Below are positions 20,464 to 31,300 of a stretch of 64,000 bases of DNA, in pieces. This DNA comes from Phycisphaerae bacterium (GTDB taxonomy: Bacteria > Planctomycetota > Phycisphaerae > UBA1845), in NCBI GenBank assembly GCA_963666835.2, contig CAXXGO010000001.1:1280001-1344000 (forward strand). Direction: 5' to 3'. The stretch's first letter is position 1. Each line of letters begins with the position of its first letter. A model generated the notes under the pieces. It was given only the letters and a program-made list of their open reading frames with translations, was not told the DNA's origin and did no database searches. A program made the position numbers and the translations under genes.

Positions 20464-22344
20464 ATGGTGTCATCTAAGAAGCAGGACGTGACGCGCAGGA
20501 AGAGGCGGGATGAGCAGAAGGACGCCCCGGCCGCTTTGCGCCGCTGGCCGGCCCGGTGGGTTGCCGGCGTGCTTCCCGTGCTCGTACTGGGGCTGGGGTT
20601 CGCGGCGTTTCTTCCGGCGCTGGATGCGAAGTTCGTCAACTATGACGATGACCGTTTGTTCGTGGAAAACACGTCCTATCGCGGGTTGAGCCCGGAACAT
20701 CTTCGATGGATGTTCTCGACGACGTTCATGGGGCACTACCAGCCGCTGACCTGGCTATCGGCGGCGGTGGACTATGAGATTTCCGGTACGAATCCTTCGA
20801 GCTATCACCGCAACAACCTGATTCTGCACAGCCTTAACGGCGTGCTCGTGTACTTCGTTTGTTTGAGACTGCTGGGAGCGGGTTTGCGGATTGCGCGGAA
20901 CGAGTATCCGACCATGCTGCGTCTGGCCGCTGGCGTGGGGGCACTGCTGTTCGCCGTACATCCGCTCCGGGTCGAATCGGTGGCCTGGGCTGCGGAGCGG
21001 CGCGATGTTCTGAGCGGGTTCCTTTTGCTCTCGGCGTTGCTGGCGTATCTACGCGCAGTCGACGTGGCCGAGGGTCCGTTGCGATCTCGTGGCTGGTTCG
21101 TCGCCTCGTGCGGATTGCTGGCGTTGTCACTACTGTCCAAGGCCTGGGGTATGTCGTTCTTCCTGATCGCGGTGGTCCTGGATTGGTATCCGTTGCGTCG
21201 CTTGCCCGCACAGGTCTCTCTGTGGCGGGAGCCGGAGCTGCGCGCCCTGTGGATGCAGAAGATCCCGTTCTTAATCCTGGGGCTGGCGGCGGCGGTAGTG
21301 GCCGGTTATGCCCAGCGATCGGCGCTCGATACGATGCGGAGCCTGGCGGATTGGGGGATCGGCGATCGACTGGTCCAAGCCGTCTTCGGTTTGGCCTTCT
21401 ACGTAGAGAAGACGGTCTGGCCGACGGGGCTTGGTCCTTGTTATGAATTGCCGTATCAGCTTGACGCCTTCGAGCCCCGGTTTGTGAGGGCCTATGTCGT
21501 GGTGGCCGTGGCTGGAGCGCTTGTCGTGGTGCTCCGGCGGAAGCTCCCGGCGCTGGCGGCGGCGGCAATTGTCTATGTCGTGCTCCTGGCTCCCGTGCTG
21601 GGCATTGCCCAGAGCGGTCCCCAATTGGTGGCCGACCGCTATTCATACTTGGCCTGCACGGGTTGGGTGATCCTCGCCGCCGGTGGGCTGTTGACGGTCT
21701 GGAGTGGGTCGACACGAGTGCGACGAGGTGTCGCGGCAATGGCAGTGGTGGTGATCGGAGTCCTCTTCGCGGCTACTTGGCGGCAGACTCGAGTCTGGCA
21801 CGATTCAAGATCGCTGTGGGATCATGCGGTAACCGTGGCCCCACCAAGCTCGTTGGCTAACTTGAACCGCGGGATCCTGCTGCGCCGGGAGGGGCAGGTG
21901 GATGAGGCGATAGCCTGCTACCAGGCGGCGGTGGAAGTCCGTCCCGATACGGGAAACGCCTGGTTTGCGCTGGGCAATGTCCTCAAGCAGGAGAAGAGGG
22001 ACTACGCCGCGGCCGAGCCGGCCTACCGCCGCGCCGCGGAGTTCATGACTCAAAAGCACCGTGCTTATCTAAACCTGGGGAACATGTACTACAACGAGCT
22101 TGGCCGGGTGGAGGACGCTATCGAGGCGTATCGCGCCGCGATTGCGCACGTGGAGGCCCAGCGGTCGAAGATGTTCACCCCGACGCCGTATCTGGCCCTG
22201 GGCATCGCGCTGCGCCGAGCCGGACAGTCTGCCGAGGCCCGTGAGGCCTTGGAGGTGGCTCGGAAGCACTCGCGCACTCGTGAGCGGGCGGAAGATGAAC
22301 TGCGCCGTTTGGATGAAGAAGCTCGGCTTCCGGAGGGGCGCTGA
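20464..22344 (+). CDS. TMTC-like membrane glycosyltransferase with TPR repeats
   Basis: YDD, YQPLTWLS, LFAVHPLRVESVAW, ADRYSYL, C-terminal TPRs. Confidence 0.8.
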   Translation: MVSSKKQDVTRRKRRDEQKDAPAALRRWPARWVAGVLPVLVLGLGFAAFLPALDAKFVNYDDDRLFVENTSYRGLSPEHLRWMFSTTFMGHYQPLTWLSAAVDYEISGTNPSSYHRNNLILHSLNGVLVYFVCLRLLGAGLRIARNEYPTMLRLAAGVGALLFAVHPLRVESVAWAAERRDVLSGFLLLSALLAYLRAVDVAEGPLRSRGWFVASCGLLALSLLSKAWGMSFFLIAVVLDWYPLRRLPAQVSLWREPELRALWMQKIPFLILGLAAAVVAGYAQRSALDTMRSLADWGIGDRLVQAVFGLAFYVEKTVWPTGLGPCYELPYQLDAFEPRFVRAYVVVAVAGALVVVLRRKLPALAAAAIVYVVLLAPVLGIAQSGPQLVADRYSYLACTGWVILAAGGLLTVWSGSTRVRRGVAAMAVVVIGVLFAATWRQTRVWHDSRSLWDHAVTVAPPSSLANLNRGILLRREGQVDEAIACYQAAVEVRPDTGNAWFALGNVLKQEKRDYAAAEPAYRRAAEFMTQKHRAYLNLGNMYYNELGRVEDAIEAYRAAIAHVEAQRSKMFTPTPYLALGIALRRAGQSAEAREALEVARKHSRTRERAEDELRRLDEEARLPEGR

Positions 22345-22347
22345 GGC

Positions 22348-23685
22348 TCAGCCGTCGCTTTCCGGCAGCACATCTGCCTCGCCGCTCAGGATTGCCAGAG
22401 CGTGGAGCAGTTGGCGATCGCGATAGACTTCCGGATACTCGGTGCCGTGCGTCGGGTCGCCGGTGCTTTCCGAATCACCGGTTACCAGTGGGGCCGAGTC
22501 CACCTGCCGGCGCGACTCCTGGATCAGACGTTTCTCATCGCGGCTCAGACGCACCTTTACGTCCGGGTGTACTCCCCAGGCATCGGTTGACGCCGCTCCG
22601 GGAGGACGGTGGATGATCCGGCCGCTCGGCAGGCGGTAATAGGTCGTCGTGAGCATCACGCCGGCTTTCTGCGTAGTCAGATACATCAGGAGCTGCACGC
22701 ATCCCTTGCCGAAGCTGCGCTCCCCAACCACCACGGCTCTTTGCCGATCCTGCAAAGACCCGGCGACGATTTCCGCGGCACTGGCCGACCCGCCGTTGAC
22801 CAATACTACGAGGTCCATAGCGGGCAGAGTGTGCGGGGCGGTGGCGTAATACTCCCGTTCTACCTGTCGCCGAGTAACGGTGGAGACGATCAGTCCGTCA
22901 CTCACGAAGCGATCGACGAGGTCCACCGCTTGGTCCAGCAACCCGCCGGGGTTGAAACGCAGGTCGATAACGATTCCGCCGACCTTCTGCCGGAGCAGGC
23001 TATCGAGAGCGCTCTCGAAATCCGGCATCGTGTTAACGTGAAAGCGGTTTATGCGAATGTACCCGATCCGCCGGTCCGGGTCGATCAGGTAGTCCCACGT
23101 TGCCGGAGAAGTCCGGCGGAAGCCGCGCACCGTGTGGATCGTCACGGCTCCGCGCGTTACGGAGAGTTCCGTCGAGTCATCCTGCCCGGTATGCAATACC
23201 GTGAGGTTTACTTGCGTGTCGCGCGTTCCCCGAAGCAATCGGCCGATGTCGAACACCGACATGTTCTCGACCCGGCGTCCGTCTACTGCCAGGATCACGT
23301 CACCGGCGGCTACTCCGGCGGCTGCGCCCGGGCCGTCTTCAGATGCGGCGATGACCGTCGGCTGACCATTGAGCATGCCGACATCGATTCCGATCCCGAT
23401 GTACCCACCGGCGGATCTCTGTTCGAACGCGACGAGCTCATCGGGGGCTAAGTACCCGCTGTAAGGGTCAAGCTGCGAGAGCATCCCGCGGATGGCTCCG
23501 TCAACCAGATGACGGTCTTCGATCGGTTCGACAAAGCGCTGTTTGGCGAGGGCGTCGACCTCGACCAGGGTGCGATAGGTGTTCACGACGGAATCCTGCT
23601 TGGCGACCATTGCCGGCAGGCGCAGGAACATCACGATTACTACGGCAAAGACGACTAGCCAGGTCAGGCCGTGTCGGTGCATCAA
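22348..23685 (-). CDS. S41 carboxyl-terminal protease
   Basis: LDPYS, PDZ domain, DLRFNPGG, SASAAEI, SFGKG. Confidence 0.92.
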   Translation of the reverse strand: MMHRHGLTWLVVFAVVIVMFLRLPAMVAKQDSVVNTYRTLVEVDALAKQRFVEPIEDRHLVDGAIRGMLSQLDPYSGYLAPDELVAFEQRSAGGYIGIGIDVGMLNGQPTVIAASEDGPGAAAGVAAGDVILAVDGRRVENMSVFDIGRLLRGTRDTQVNLTVLHTGQDDSTELSVTRGAVTIHTVRGFRRTSPATWDYLIDPDRRIGYIRINRFHVNTMPDFESALDSLLRQKVGGIVIDLRFNPGGLLDQAVDLVDRFVSDGLIVSTVTRRQVEREYYATAPHTLPAMDLVVLVNGGSASAAEIVAGSLQDRQRAVVVGERSFGKGCVQLLMYLTTQKAGVMLTTTYYRLPSGRIIHRPPGAASTDAWGVHPDVKVRLSRDEKRLIQESRRQVDSAPLVTGDSESTGDPTHGTEYPEVYRDRQLLHALAILSGEADVLPESDG

Positions 23686-24725
23686 CGGCCTCCGCGCTTC
23701 CGGGCAGCGGCGCGTGCCTTGGCGTTCTTGAGATTCCGCCGGGCCTCGGCTACGCCCGCCCGGCTGGGACGAATGGGCAGCCCGACGATGGCGCCGAACG
23801 CCTGCGCGGCCAGGCGGGTGAATTCGTGATCGGTCCGCAACAGTCTGATTGTGATAGCCAACCCGGAATCATTGTGAAGACGTCCCAGGGCTTCGGCCGC
23901 GCGCAGTGCGACCTCCGTGTTGTTCTGACTGAGGAGTTCGCGGAGCGGTTCAATAGCCGTGAAGGCCTCGAGGCGGCCCAAGGTCTCGGCCGCCTCGGCC
24001 CGGATCTTGGCGTTGGGATCGCGAAGCAAACTGATCAGCGCGACCTGCGCTTCGTGGCCGCGGATTTCGAACAGGGCAGGGATCGTAGCGCGGCGAACGG
24101 CGTGATCCGCAGACATCGTCAGCCCGACGACTTGAGCGATAAGGTCTCTGGATGGGACCCCGTGCCGGGCGATTCCTCCCAGCATTCTGAGCGTACGGGC
24201 TCGCGCGTCATCCCGTGGTTGAGTGTCGTTGTCAGCGGAGGCCTCTTTAGGGGCTTCATCCGCGACCTGGTTTGCGGAGAGAGTAGAAGACCTCGGAGCT
24301 TCTGCTACGGTCTCACCGATTGCGTTTTCCAGCGTCTGCAGAGCTATCTCGACCAGATGCCAGCCCGGCTCCACCGCTTGAGAACCCATGACCTTACCGG
24401 TGAGTCTCACCTCGCGGTTCTCGGGCAGATGGAGCGTGATGTGCAAGCCGCCACCCGTGGGGAACTCGTACCTGGCCAGCAGCGTTACGTCCATCGTTGA
24501 GAGTTCGCGGGTGGTTGCCGGGACCTCGATTGTGGTTTGGTCTTTCCCGCAGTAGCGAAGGGTCGCCGCCACTCGGAACCGGCGCCGAGACGCAGCTCGG
24601 TCACCGGACGGTAGCCGTGACGGCATCGTGGACGACTGCGACCGGGCATCGAGCGCATCTAGGATGCCATTTGCGTGCCGGCGTTCAACGTCCGGGTCAA
24701 TTGAGCAAGTACGCGGATCTGGCAT
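23682..24725 (-). CDS. PilZ-like + HEAT-repeat protein
   Basis: R-x3-R motif and E/D-LS strand, then IRAEAAETLG and LRAAEALG repeats. Confidence 0.6.
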   Translation of the reverse strand: MPDPRTCSIDPDVERRHANGILDALDARSQSSTMPSRLPSGDRAASRRRFRVAATLRYCGKDQTTIEVPATTRELSTMDVTLLARYEFPTGGGLHITLHLPENREVRLTGKVMGSQAVEPGWHLVEIALQTLENAIGETVAEAPRSSTLSANQVADEAPKEASADNDTQPRDDARARTLRMLGGIARHGVPSRDLIAQVVGLTMSADHAVRRATIPALFEIRGHEAQVALISLLRDPNAKIRAEAAETLGRLEAFTAIEPLRELLSQNNTEVALRAAEALGRLHNDSGLAITIRLLRTDHEFTRLAAQAFGAIVGLPIRPSRAGVAEARRNLKNAKARAAARKRGGR

Positions 24726-25027
24726 GGTTAGTCCTTCGTCAGCCCGGCGAGGGGACTGGACTTTACGAACGGGTCGACCTGCGGCCAATAATGGTCCGAG
24801 AACATCACGCGTTCGGGGTCGAAATGCCTTTTGCATGGGTGGCGGGGCTGCTGCGGTTGCACGGGGTTATCCCTTATGGCGTGGTGTCAGGATGCGTCTT
24901 GGCCGGAAAGGCTCGACCTCAATGAGGGGCTCGCCTACATTATGGTGCATGGGACGATGGGGTGCGGCCGGTGTGGCGCGAACCTGTCGAAAACGCCGCA
25001 AGGGAATCCTGATCCGATTGGGCGGAT

Positions 25028-25474
25028 ATGTCGACGGACGATACGGGTGATGGCTCGGCGAGGGCATGGTATCGCGATGGGTTACGCTTTACCTGCACGC
25101 AGTGCGGCAATTGCTGCACCGGTGAGCCGGGTTACGTCTGGACGACCAAGAAGGAAATCCGCCTAATCTCCGAGTTCCTCGGTCGCGACGACGGGTGGCT
25201 GGACCGGGAGCATCTCCGGCGGGTCCGATTGCGCCACAGCCTCACGGAGCGGGCGAACGGGGACTGTATCTTCCTGACCCGCGAAAACGGGAAGATCGGC
25301 TGTGCGATATACCCGGTTAGACCTCTGCAATGCCGGACCTGGCCGTTTTGGAGCTACAATCTCAGCTCGATTGACGCCTGGAACGAGGCTCACACGAAAT
25401 GCCCCGGCATGAACAGGGGGGAGCGTCACGATTACGCTCAGATAGAGAAGATCCGCACGCAGAAGACCTGGTAG
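25028..25474 (+). CDS. YkgJ-family cysteine cluster protein
   Basis: CTQCGNCC, CIFL, CAIYPVRPLQCRTWPFW. Confidence 0.9.
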   Translation: MSTDDTGDGSARAWYRDGLRFTCTQCGNCCTGEPGYVWTTKKEIRLISEFLGRDDGWLDREHLRRVRLRHSLTERANGDCIFLTRENGKIGCAIYPVRPLQCRTWPFWSYNLSSIDAWNEAHTKCPGMNRGERHDYAQIEKIRTQKTW

Positions 25475-25630
25475 GCATCGACGTGCTGGCGCGCGATTAC
25501 GGTCACCAGGTCTGCGGTCCGGCGCGGGATTGACATGGCGGTTGAGTCGATTATGGTGCCCCGTTGAGAATGTGGGGGTTTTCCGGCATGCTTGGCTAAT
25601 GCCGGTGTTCTCGCTCGGAAAGGACGTTTG

Positions 25631-25900
25631 ATGGCTCGCTCTGCTCGATTGACCCTGGCCGCGGGGATATTGGTTCTTTGCACTGTGTCCGGTTGCGCAA
25701 CCTGGAGCCGTACTCCGGCGCCGTTGGTTATGGCGAATTACCCGCATGCGGCGGAGGCCAATATGACCCAGTCTCCGCATGAGCATTTCAATCAGGTAAG
25801 GAATATTGCCGCTCAGGATGGACTAATGCTGTCAGAAGACATCGACCTGCTGTTCATGACTGATCGGCCGTCGCGCCTCAATCGCTGGCACACGAGATAG
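25631..25900 (+). CDS. small lipoprotein
   Basis: Lipobox VSGC; C-terminal DRPSRL. Confidence 0.65.
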   Translation: MARSARLTLAAGILVLCTVSGCATWSRTPAPLVMANYPHAAEANMTQSPHEHFNQVRNIAAQDGLMLSEDIDLLFMTDRPSRLNRWHTR

Positions 25901-26156
25901 ACGATCTTACGACGTTTACAGCACCCTTCGGCGGGTCAACACTGTTCCGCCGAAGGGTTTTTACTGCGCGGGAGTCGTCGGGATCGGTTCGGGCTCCGGG
26001 ATTTCGATCTCTGAACGTGGGGTACGCGGTTGATTTTACTTGAGCGAGCTGTTCCGATAAGCAACGTCGGCTGACGCGACGGCGGGCGGATGAGCCCGCC
26101 TCGCAATCGGCCCTAGCAGAGGAGGTACTCGAATGCGGAAACGGTGGGGCGCTGCG

Positions 26157-27980
26157 ATGCGGCGGATTCCGGGCGTGGTTCTTGCCGTCGTTGTGGTCAT
26201 CTCGGCAGCGGGCTGCACGTCGACGTCGAGCTCGGCAGCGCGTTTTCAAACACACGTTGACATCCTGGCTCACGATGACATGGGCGGACGCGGGTTGGGG
26301 TCTCCGGGCATTGAACGGGCCGCAGCGTACATTGCCGCTGAGTTCGAGGCGGTTGGGGTGGAGCCTGCCGGGGACTCCGGTACGTACTTCCAGGCCTTTC
26401 CCGTTACGTTGCAGCGGGAGCTGACCGACCGTAGTCACCTCAAGGCCGGTACGAACGCGGCCGGTTGGGAGCAGGGGGTCGATTTCATGCCGCTCAGTTT
26501 TTCCTCCGGCGAGGAGTTTGACGGCGGCGTGGTGTTCTGCGGATACGGGATCGTGGCCCCCGAGAAGGAGCACGACGATTTCGCCGGGGTTGATGTGGAT
26601 GGTCGGGTTGCGCTGATTCTCCGCGGGGAGCCGGTATCGTGGGCGGATGAAGAGGGGGATATGACCCGGTTCGCCATGCTCCGGGACAAGGTCTACAACG
26701 CCAAGGACGGCGGGGCGGTGGCGGTTCTGATTGTCAACCAAAGACCCGAACCCGACGAGCCCGATGAGTTGATCGCTTTCAGGCCGGACAGTGCCGAGGA
26801 GTACGGTATACCGGCGTTTCACATCACCCGGAAGGCGGCCGATGCTCTGCTCGAGCGTGCGGGCCTCGATTCGCTTGACGACCTTCAGACGAAGCTTGAC
26901 CACGGTGACAACGTCTCGGCAGCATTAAGGATGGTCGCCGTCAGCGGGCAGGCCGTGTTCGAGAGAAAAAGCGCGCTTACGAAAAACGTGGTTGGAATCA
27001 TTCGCGGCGAGGGACCGCTGGCCGAGGAGTGTGTGGTGATCGGGGCACACTACGATCATCTTGGATTCCGCGTTCCGATGATGCGCAAGTTCAAGGGCGG
27101 TAAGCTCGTTAAGGAGGCCGCCGAGCCGCAGATCCACAACGGTGCCGATGACAATGCGTCCGGAGTCAGCGGGCTCATCGAGATCGCCCGCATGTTTTCT
27201 GAAGGTGAGACTCCGCAGCGCAGTATCGTGTTCGTCTCTTTCACCGGGGAAGAGGCCGGCATCTACGGCAGCAAACATTACGTCGATCACCCGGTGTTTC
27301 CACTCGAAAAGACGGTGGCCATGTTGAACATGGACATGATCGGTCGGATGAAGCGCGGGGCGCGGGAAGTGCAGGTGTTCGGAGTGGAATGCGGCGACAG
27401 CTTCGCGGAGATCCTCAAGTCCGCTGCCGCTCATAGTGGCATAAAAGTGTCACCTATTGCGGATCCCGGCGGGGCGAGTGATCATGCCCCGTTCGTGTAC
27501 CACGATATTCCGGCGTTGCACTTCTTCACCGGGCACCACAGCGACTACCACAAGCCCAGCGACGACAGCGATAAGATCAATGCCGCCGGCGGAATCAGGG
27601 TCGCCCGAGTTGTCTATCACACGGCCCGGGAGCTGGCGACGCGCGAGACCCGCCCCGAGTTTCACGTAGTTCGATCCAAGAAGAAACGCGACCCGGACGC
27701 CATGCCGAACTATCGCGTGGTCATGGGAATAGCGCCGAACTTCGTCGAGAACGAGCTGCCCGGAATGGGAGTGGACGGGGTGAACCCGGACGGTCCCGCA
27801 GATCTGGCTGGGCTCAAGCCCGGTGATCGCATCATCCGCATGAACGGCAAGGACGTGGCCAACATCTACGATTACATGGCCTCCACCCGCGGCAACAAGC
27901 CGGGGGACGCTATTGAGGTAGTTGTCATGCGCGACGGCAAGGAGCTTACTTTCCAGGTAGTGCTTGCTTCGGCGAAGTAG
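26157..27980 (+). CDS. M28 aminopeptidase with PA and PDZ domains, lipoprotein
   Basis: GAHYDH, GADDNASG, GEE, NMDMIG, SDH, DYH. Confidence 0.92.
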   Translation: MRRIPGVVLAVVVVISAAGCTSTSSSAARFQTHVDILAHDDMGGRGLGSPGIERAAAYIAAEFEAVGVEPAGDSGTYFQAFPVTLQRELTDRSHLKAGTNAAGWEQGVDFMPLSFSSGEEFDGGVVFCGYGIVAPEKEHDDFAGVDVDGRVALILRGEPVSWADEEGDMTRFAMLRDKVYNAKDGGAVAVLIVNQRPEPDEPDELIAFRPDSAEEYGIPAFHITRKAADALLERAGLDSLDDLQTKLDHGDNVSAALRMVAVSGQAVFERKSALTKNVVGIIRGEGPLAEECVVIGAHYDHLGFRVPMMRKFKGGKLVKEAAEPQIHNGADDNASGVSGLIEIARMFSEGETPQRSIVFVSFTGEEAGIYGSKHYVDHPVFPLEKTVAMLNMDMIGRMKRGAREVQVFGVECGDSFAEILKSAAAHSGIKVSPIADPGGASDHAPFVYHDIPALHFFTGHHSDYHKPSDDSDKINAAGGIRVARVVYHTARELATRETRPEFHVVRSKKKRDPDAMPNYRVVMGIAPNFVENELPGMGVDGVNPDGPADLAGLKPGDRIIRMNGKDVANIYDYMASTRGNKPGDAIEVVVMRDGKELTFQVVLASAK

Positions 27981-28029
27981 TGGGACGAGCGGCGCGGGGC
28001 GAGGTGTTCATTCTTCGGAAGGCATGCGT

Positions 28030-28731
28030 ATGAATGACGAAGCGGCGTTGCGGGACGAGATCTGCAATATCGGCAAACGTATGTACGCCCGCGGTTTCGT
28101 TGCCGGAAACGACGGGAACGTCTCATGCCGGTTGGCGGATGGTACGGTTCTCTGCAGTCCGACGCTGATCAGTAAGGGCGTTATGGAGCCGGCCGATCTG
28201 GCGGTGGTCGACCTCGACGGCAAACAGCTCTCCGGTTCACGCAAGATCACCAGCGAGATTCGTCTTCATTTAGCCGTGTACCGCGCCGACCCGGCCGTGG
28301 GGGCGGTGGTTCACTGTCATCCCCCGTATGCCACGGCCTTTGGAGTTGCGGGCGTTGATGTGCCAACCGGAATCCTGCCCGAGGCGGAGATCTTCCTCGG
28401 GGCAGTACCGCGCGTGGAGTACGAGACTCCCGGCAGCGAAGCCCTGGCCGCGGCGGTCGCCGGATTTGTTGGGAAAGCCAATGCGGTGATCTTGAGCAAC
28501 CACGGGACGGTGAGTTGGGGGCCGACGTTGGAGCGGGCGTATTGGGGCAGTGAGATTCTCGATTCCTATTGTCGAGTGCTACTGCTGGCCGACCGGCTCG
28601 GGCATGTCGGCCGTCTCCCGGCGGAAAAAGTGAAGGAGCTGCTAGCTCTGCGAGCGAGCTTCGATACCGGGGTGGACCCGCGCTCAACGGGTGAGGCCGA
28701 CCTGTTCGTCAACCCCGACTTCGGGCGGTGA
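28030..28731 (+). CDS. class II aldolase/adducin-family protein
   Basis: DGNVS, SEIRLH, VVHCHPPYAT, NHG. Confidence 0.9.
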   Translation: MNDEAALRDEICNIGKRMYARGFVAGNDGNVSCRLADGTVLCSPTLISKGVMEPADLAVVDLDGKQLSGSRKITSEIRLHLAVYRADPAVGAVVHCHPPYATAFGVAGVDVPTGILPEAEIFLGAVPRVEYETPGSEALAAAVAGFVGKANAVILSNHGTVSWGPTLERAYWGSEILDSYCRVLLLADRLGHVGRLPAEKVKELLALRASFDTGVDPRSTGEADLFVNPDFGR

Positions 28732-28764
28732 GGCGGAGTTGATTGTGAGGCCCGGCGGAGGTTT

Positions 28765-29692
28765 GTAGGGCACGGTCGAGGTACGAGACCTGCCGCCGCC
28801 GGTTCGTTTGCCACGGTCCCGGTTCGTTTGCGACGGAGGTTTCGGATTACGTGGCTGACTTGGGGGCGAGGATCGCGTGTTGAATCGCGGTGGACGCCGC
28901 GGGCTGGGAAGAGCTGTCGCCCCCTGGCGGGGGCTGGAGATGCGGGGTCGGGTGTTGTGAAATCGTTGAGTGGCGCGCGAGGTCGGATGTTGTGAGAACG
29001 TCGCGTGGCCCGGCGAGGTTGCGGCAGGTCTCGTGCCTCGACCTGCCCTACAGGAGTGCCGTATTAGCCCGTCAGGGCGGAAGGTCTTCGAAGCCCGTGG
29101 CGTAAGCCACGGGAACGCGGGCGTTTGGTGAACGAAGCCCCGTCAGGGGCGGCAGATGCGAGGTCGGGTGTTGTGAAACCGTCGCGTGGCCCGGCGAGGT
29201 TGCGGCAGGTCTCGTGCCTCGACCTGCCCTACAGGAGTGCCGTATTAGCCCGTCAGGGCGGAAGGTCTGCGAAGCCCGTGGCGTAAGCCACGGGAACGCG
29301 GGCGTTTGGTGAACGAAGCCCCGCCAGGGGCGGTACTCGGTAAGGACGGCATTCGATATGTCGCATACGTGGCAGCCACGAACGTTCGAGAAAGAGTACG
29401 CGGTGCTGCTCGCGTGGCGCGGCGAGGTTGCGGCAGGTCTCGTGCCTCGACCTGCCCTATAGGAGTGCCGTATTAGCCCGTCAGGGCGGAAGGTCTTCGA
29501 AGCCCGTGGCGTAAGCCACGGGAACGCGGGCGTTTGGTGAACGAAGCCCCGCCAGGGGCGGTACTCGGTAAGGACGGCATTCGATATGTCGCATACGTGG
29601 CAGCCACGAACGTTCGAGAAAGAGTACGCGGTGCTGCTCGCGTGGCGCGGCGAGGTTGCGGCAGGTCTCGTGCCTCGACCTGCCCTACAGGA
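28765..29692. repeat. tandem REP mosaic with 181/228/228-bp periodicity
   Basis: GGCGAGGTTGCGGCAGGTCTCGTGCCTCGACCTGCCCTA at 29012, 29193, 29421, 29649, alternating with CCCGTGGCGTAAGCCACGGG hairpins; inverted copy at 28765. Confidence 0.9.
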
Positions 29693-29734
29693 CTTGAGGC
29701 CGCGAGGGACCCGGTTTCGACTAAAGGTGTTGTG

Positions 29735-30148
29735 ATGGCTGATACGGGGATAGGTCATACCGGTGACGAGGTGGGCTGCGAATTTCGCGTGCGTTATGCG
29801 GAATGCGATGCGATGGGTTACCTGCATCACGCCAAGTACTGGGAGTACTTCGAGCACACGCGAACGGAACTGCTACGGAAGAATGGTTTTCGCTATCGTG
29901 ACCTCGAGGCCGCGGGCACGTGTTTCGTCGTGTACAAAGCCGCCTGTAAGTACATCGCCCCGATCCGCTACGACGAGGTGGTTACCGTAACCGCCCGGGT
30001 CGAACGCATCACCCGCACACGGGTGGACCACTCGTACCGGGTCCTCCGCGACGGCAAGCTGCTGACGGAGGCCTCGACCACGCTGGCCTGCGTAGGAACC
30101 GACGGCCGCCCGATCCTCATGCCCGATTCCCTATGGGGTGACGCCTAG
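29735..30148 (+). CDS. YbgC/FadM-family acyl-CoA thioesterase
   Basis: RVRYAECDAMGYLHHAKY..YFE. Confidence 0.9.
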   Translation: MADTGIGHTGDEVGCEFRVRYAECDAMGYLHHAKYWEYFEHTRTELLRKNGFRYRDLEAAGTCFVVYKAACKYIAPIRYDEVVTVTARVERITRTRVDHSYRVLRDGKLLTEASTTLACVGTDGRPILMPDSLWGDA

Positions 30149-30526
30149 GCGGCACTGCAAACGGGTGGCGTATCGCTTTAGCGGCGGGGGACTCCGCAAT
30201 ACGCCGAAGGCCGGGTGGCCCATGGCTTTGGCCGTGGCGGACTGGCTGGCCGGCCGGCACATCTTCTTGGCGGAGGGGAACTCCTCAATACGCCGAAGAT
30301 AGTGACATATGTCCACCGCGACCGTGTGGCGATCACCGGGGGCTTTGCCCCCAGACCCCCAAGGTTTGTCGCTTGGGAGCCAGAACAGGCCAGGGAGAGC
30401 GAGAGCCCGCCGTGCATGCAGACTCCCGCGCCTGTCCCGGCACTGGTACGAGCGCTCGGGGTGCTCCTCAGCAGAGCCCTGTCCTCTCGACCAGCACACA
30501 CAAGTCTGACGTGCTGTGCCATCGAG

Positions 30527-31300
30527 TCAAGCATGCTGGCCCTCCAACTCATGATCGATCTCCAGGTACTCCTGAACCAGGAAGATGCTGCAACCTAAAG
30601 CATGGGCTGTCTCCTTTGCCGTCAGCCCCTGAAGATGGCAGTGGCGGACGCGATCGTACTGGCCCAGGTAACGATCCACAGCCTCAAGGCTGTGGTACGT
30701 TTCCCGAGCCACTTCGTTAGCCGCTTTGCCTTCTGCGTAATGTTTGAAACAGATGATCCGTTTGTGCGTAAGCCCTGTGCCGACATCGTGGACAGTAGCG
30801 CGACGTGGGACGATCTGACCGGTCTCGCGTTCGTACGCCGCCAACAATCGCGAGACGTCCGACGCATTGACTGCTAACAACTCCGAGAGATCAGAGTTGG
30901 ACAGAACGCCCCCTTGTTCGTACGCCTGTCGGCATAACCTCAAGCTCTTTTGTAAGAGCAACTCTCCACGTCCCTTCTTCTGCAAACGCATCTCGATATC
31001 CTCGAAGGTACTCACGTCCAAGACCACCGGAAGCAGATCGGTATCCTCAATCCGTCGACGCTGACTCGGGGGATCTGCGCTGCTGATCGCCATCCAGAGT
31101 ATCTGACCATGTTGGATATGCTCCTTCGGGAGAACGTGGGCACCGATGACCTCAAGGATCATCTCTGCGCACAGGTTGCGAATCCGTGGGCCGCCTATGC
31201 GTGGAAACTCCGTTTCGATGCGGTGAGCCAACACGTTTCTCAGCGTTTTCGCCTGCAGGGGACTGTATCTTCTGCTGTTGGTGTCTCGCGGCTTACCCAT
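30527..31300 (-). CDS. DUF1670-like protein B
   Basis: QAYEQGGVLSNSDL, PRRATVHDVGTGLTHK, HSLEAVDRY; family recognised from memory of motifs. Confidence 0.8.
   Translation of the reverse strand: MGKPRDTNSRRYSPLQAKTLRNVLAHRIETEFPRIGGPRIRNLCAEMILEVIGAHVLPKEHIQHGQILWMAISSADPPSQRRRIEDTDLLPVVLDVSTFEDIEMRLQKKGRGELLLQKSLRLCRQAYEQGGVLSNSDLSELLAVNASDVSRLLAAYERETGQIVPRRATVHDVGTGLTHKRIICFKHYAEGKAANEVARETYHSLEAVDRYLGQYDRVRHCHLQGLTAKETAHALGCSIFLVQEYLEIDHELEGQHA

Noticed and set aside
28979..29692. CRISPR array
   Set aside because: Period is 181-228 bp, the intervening sequences are themselves repeated, and no cas genes are present.
29072..29857. 261-aa repetitive ORF, and similar ORFs such as 32596-33471 and 37410-37982
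   Set aside because: They are translations of REP mosaics with no protein-like features.
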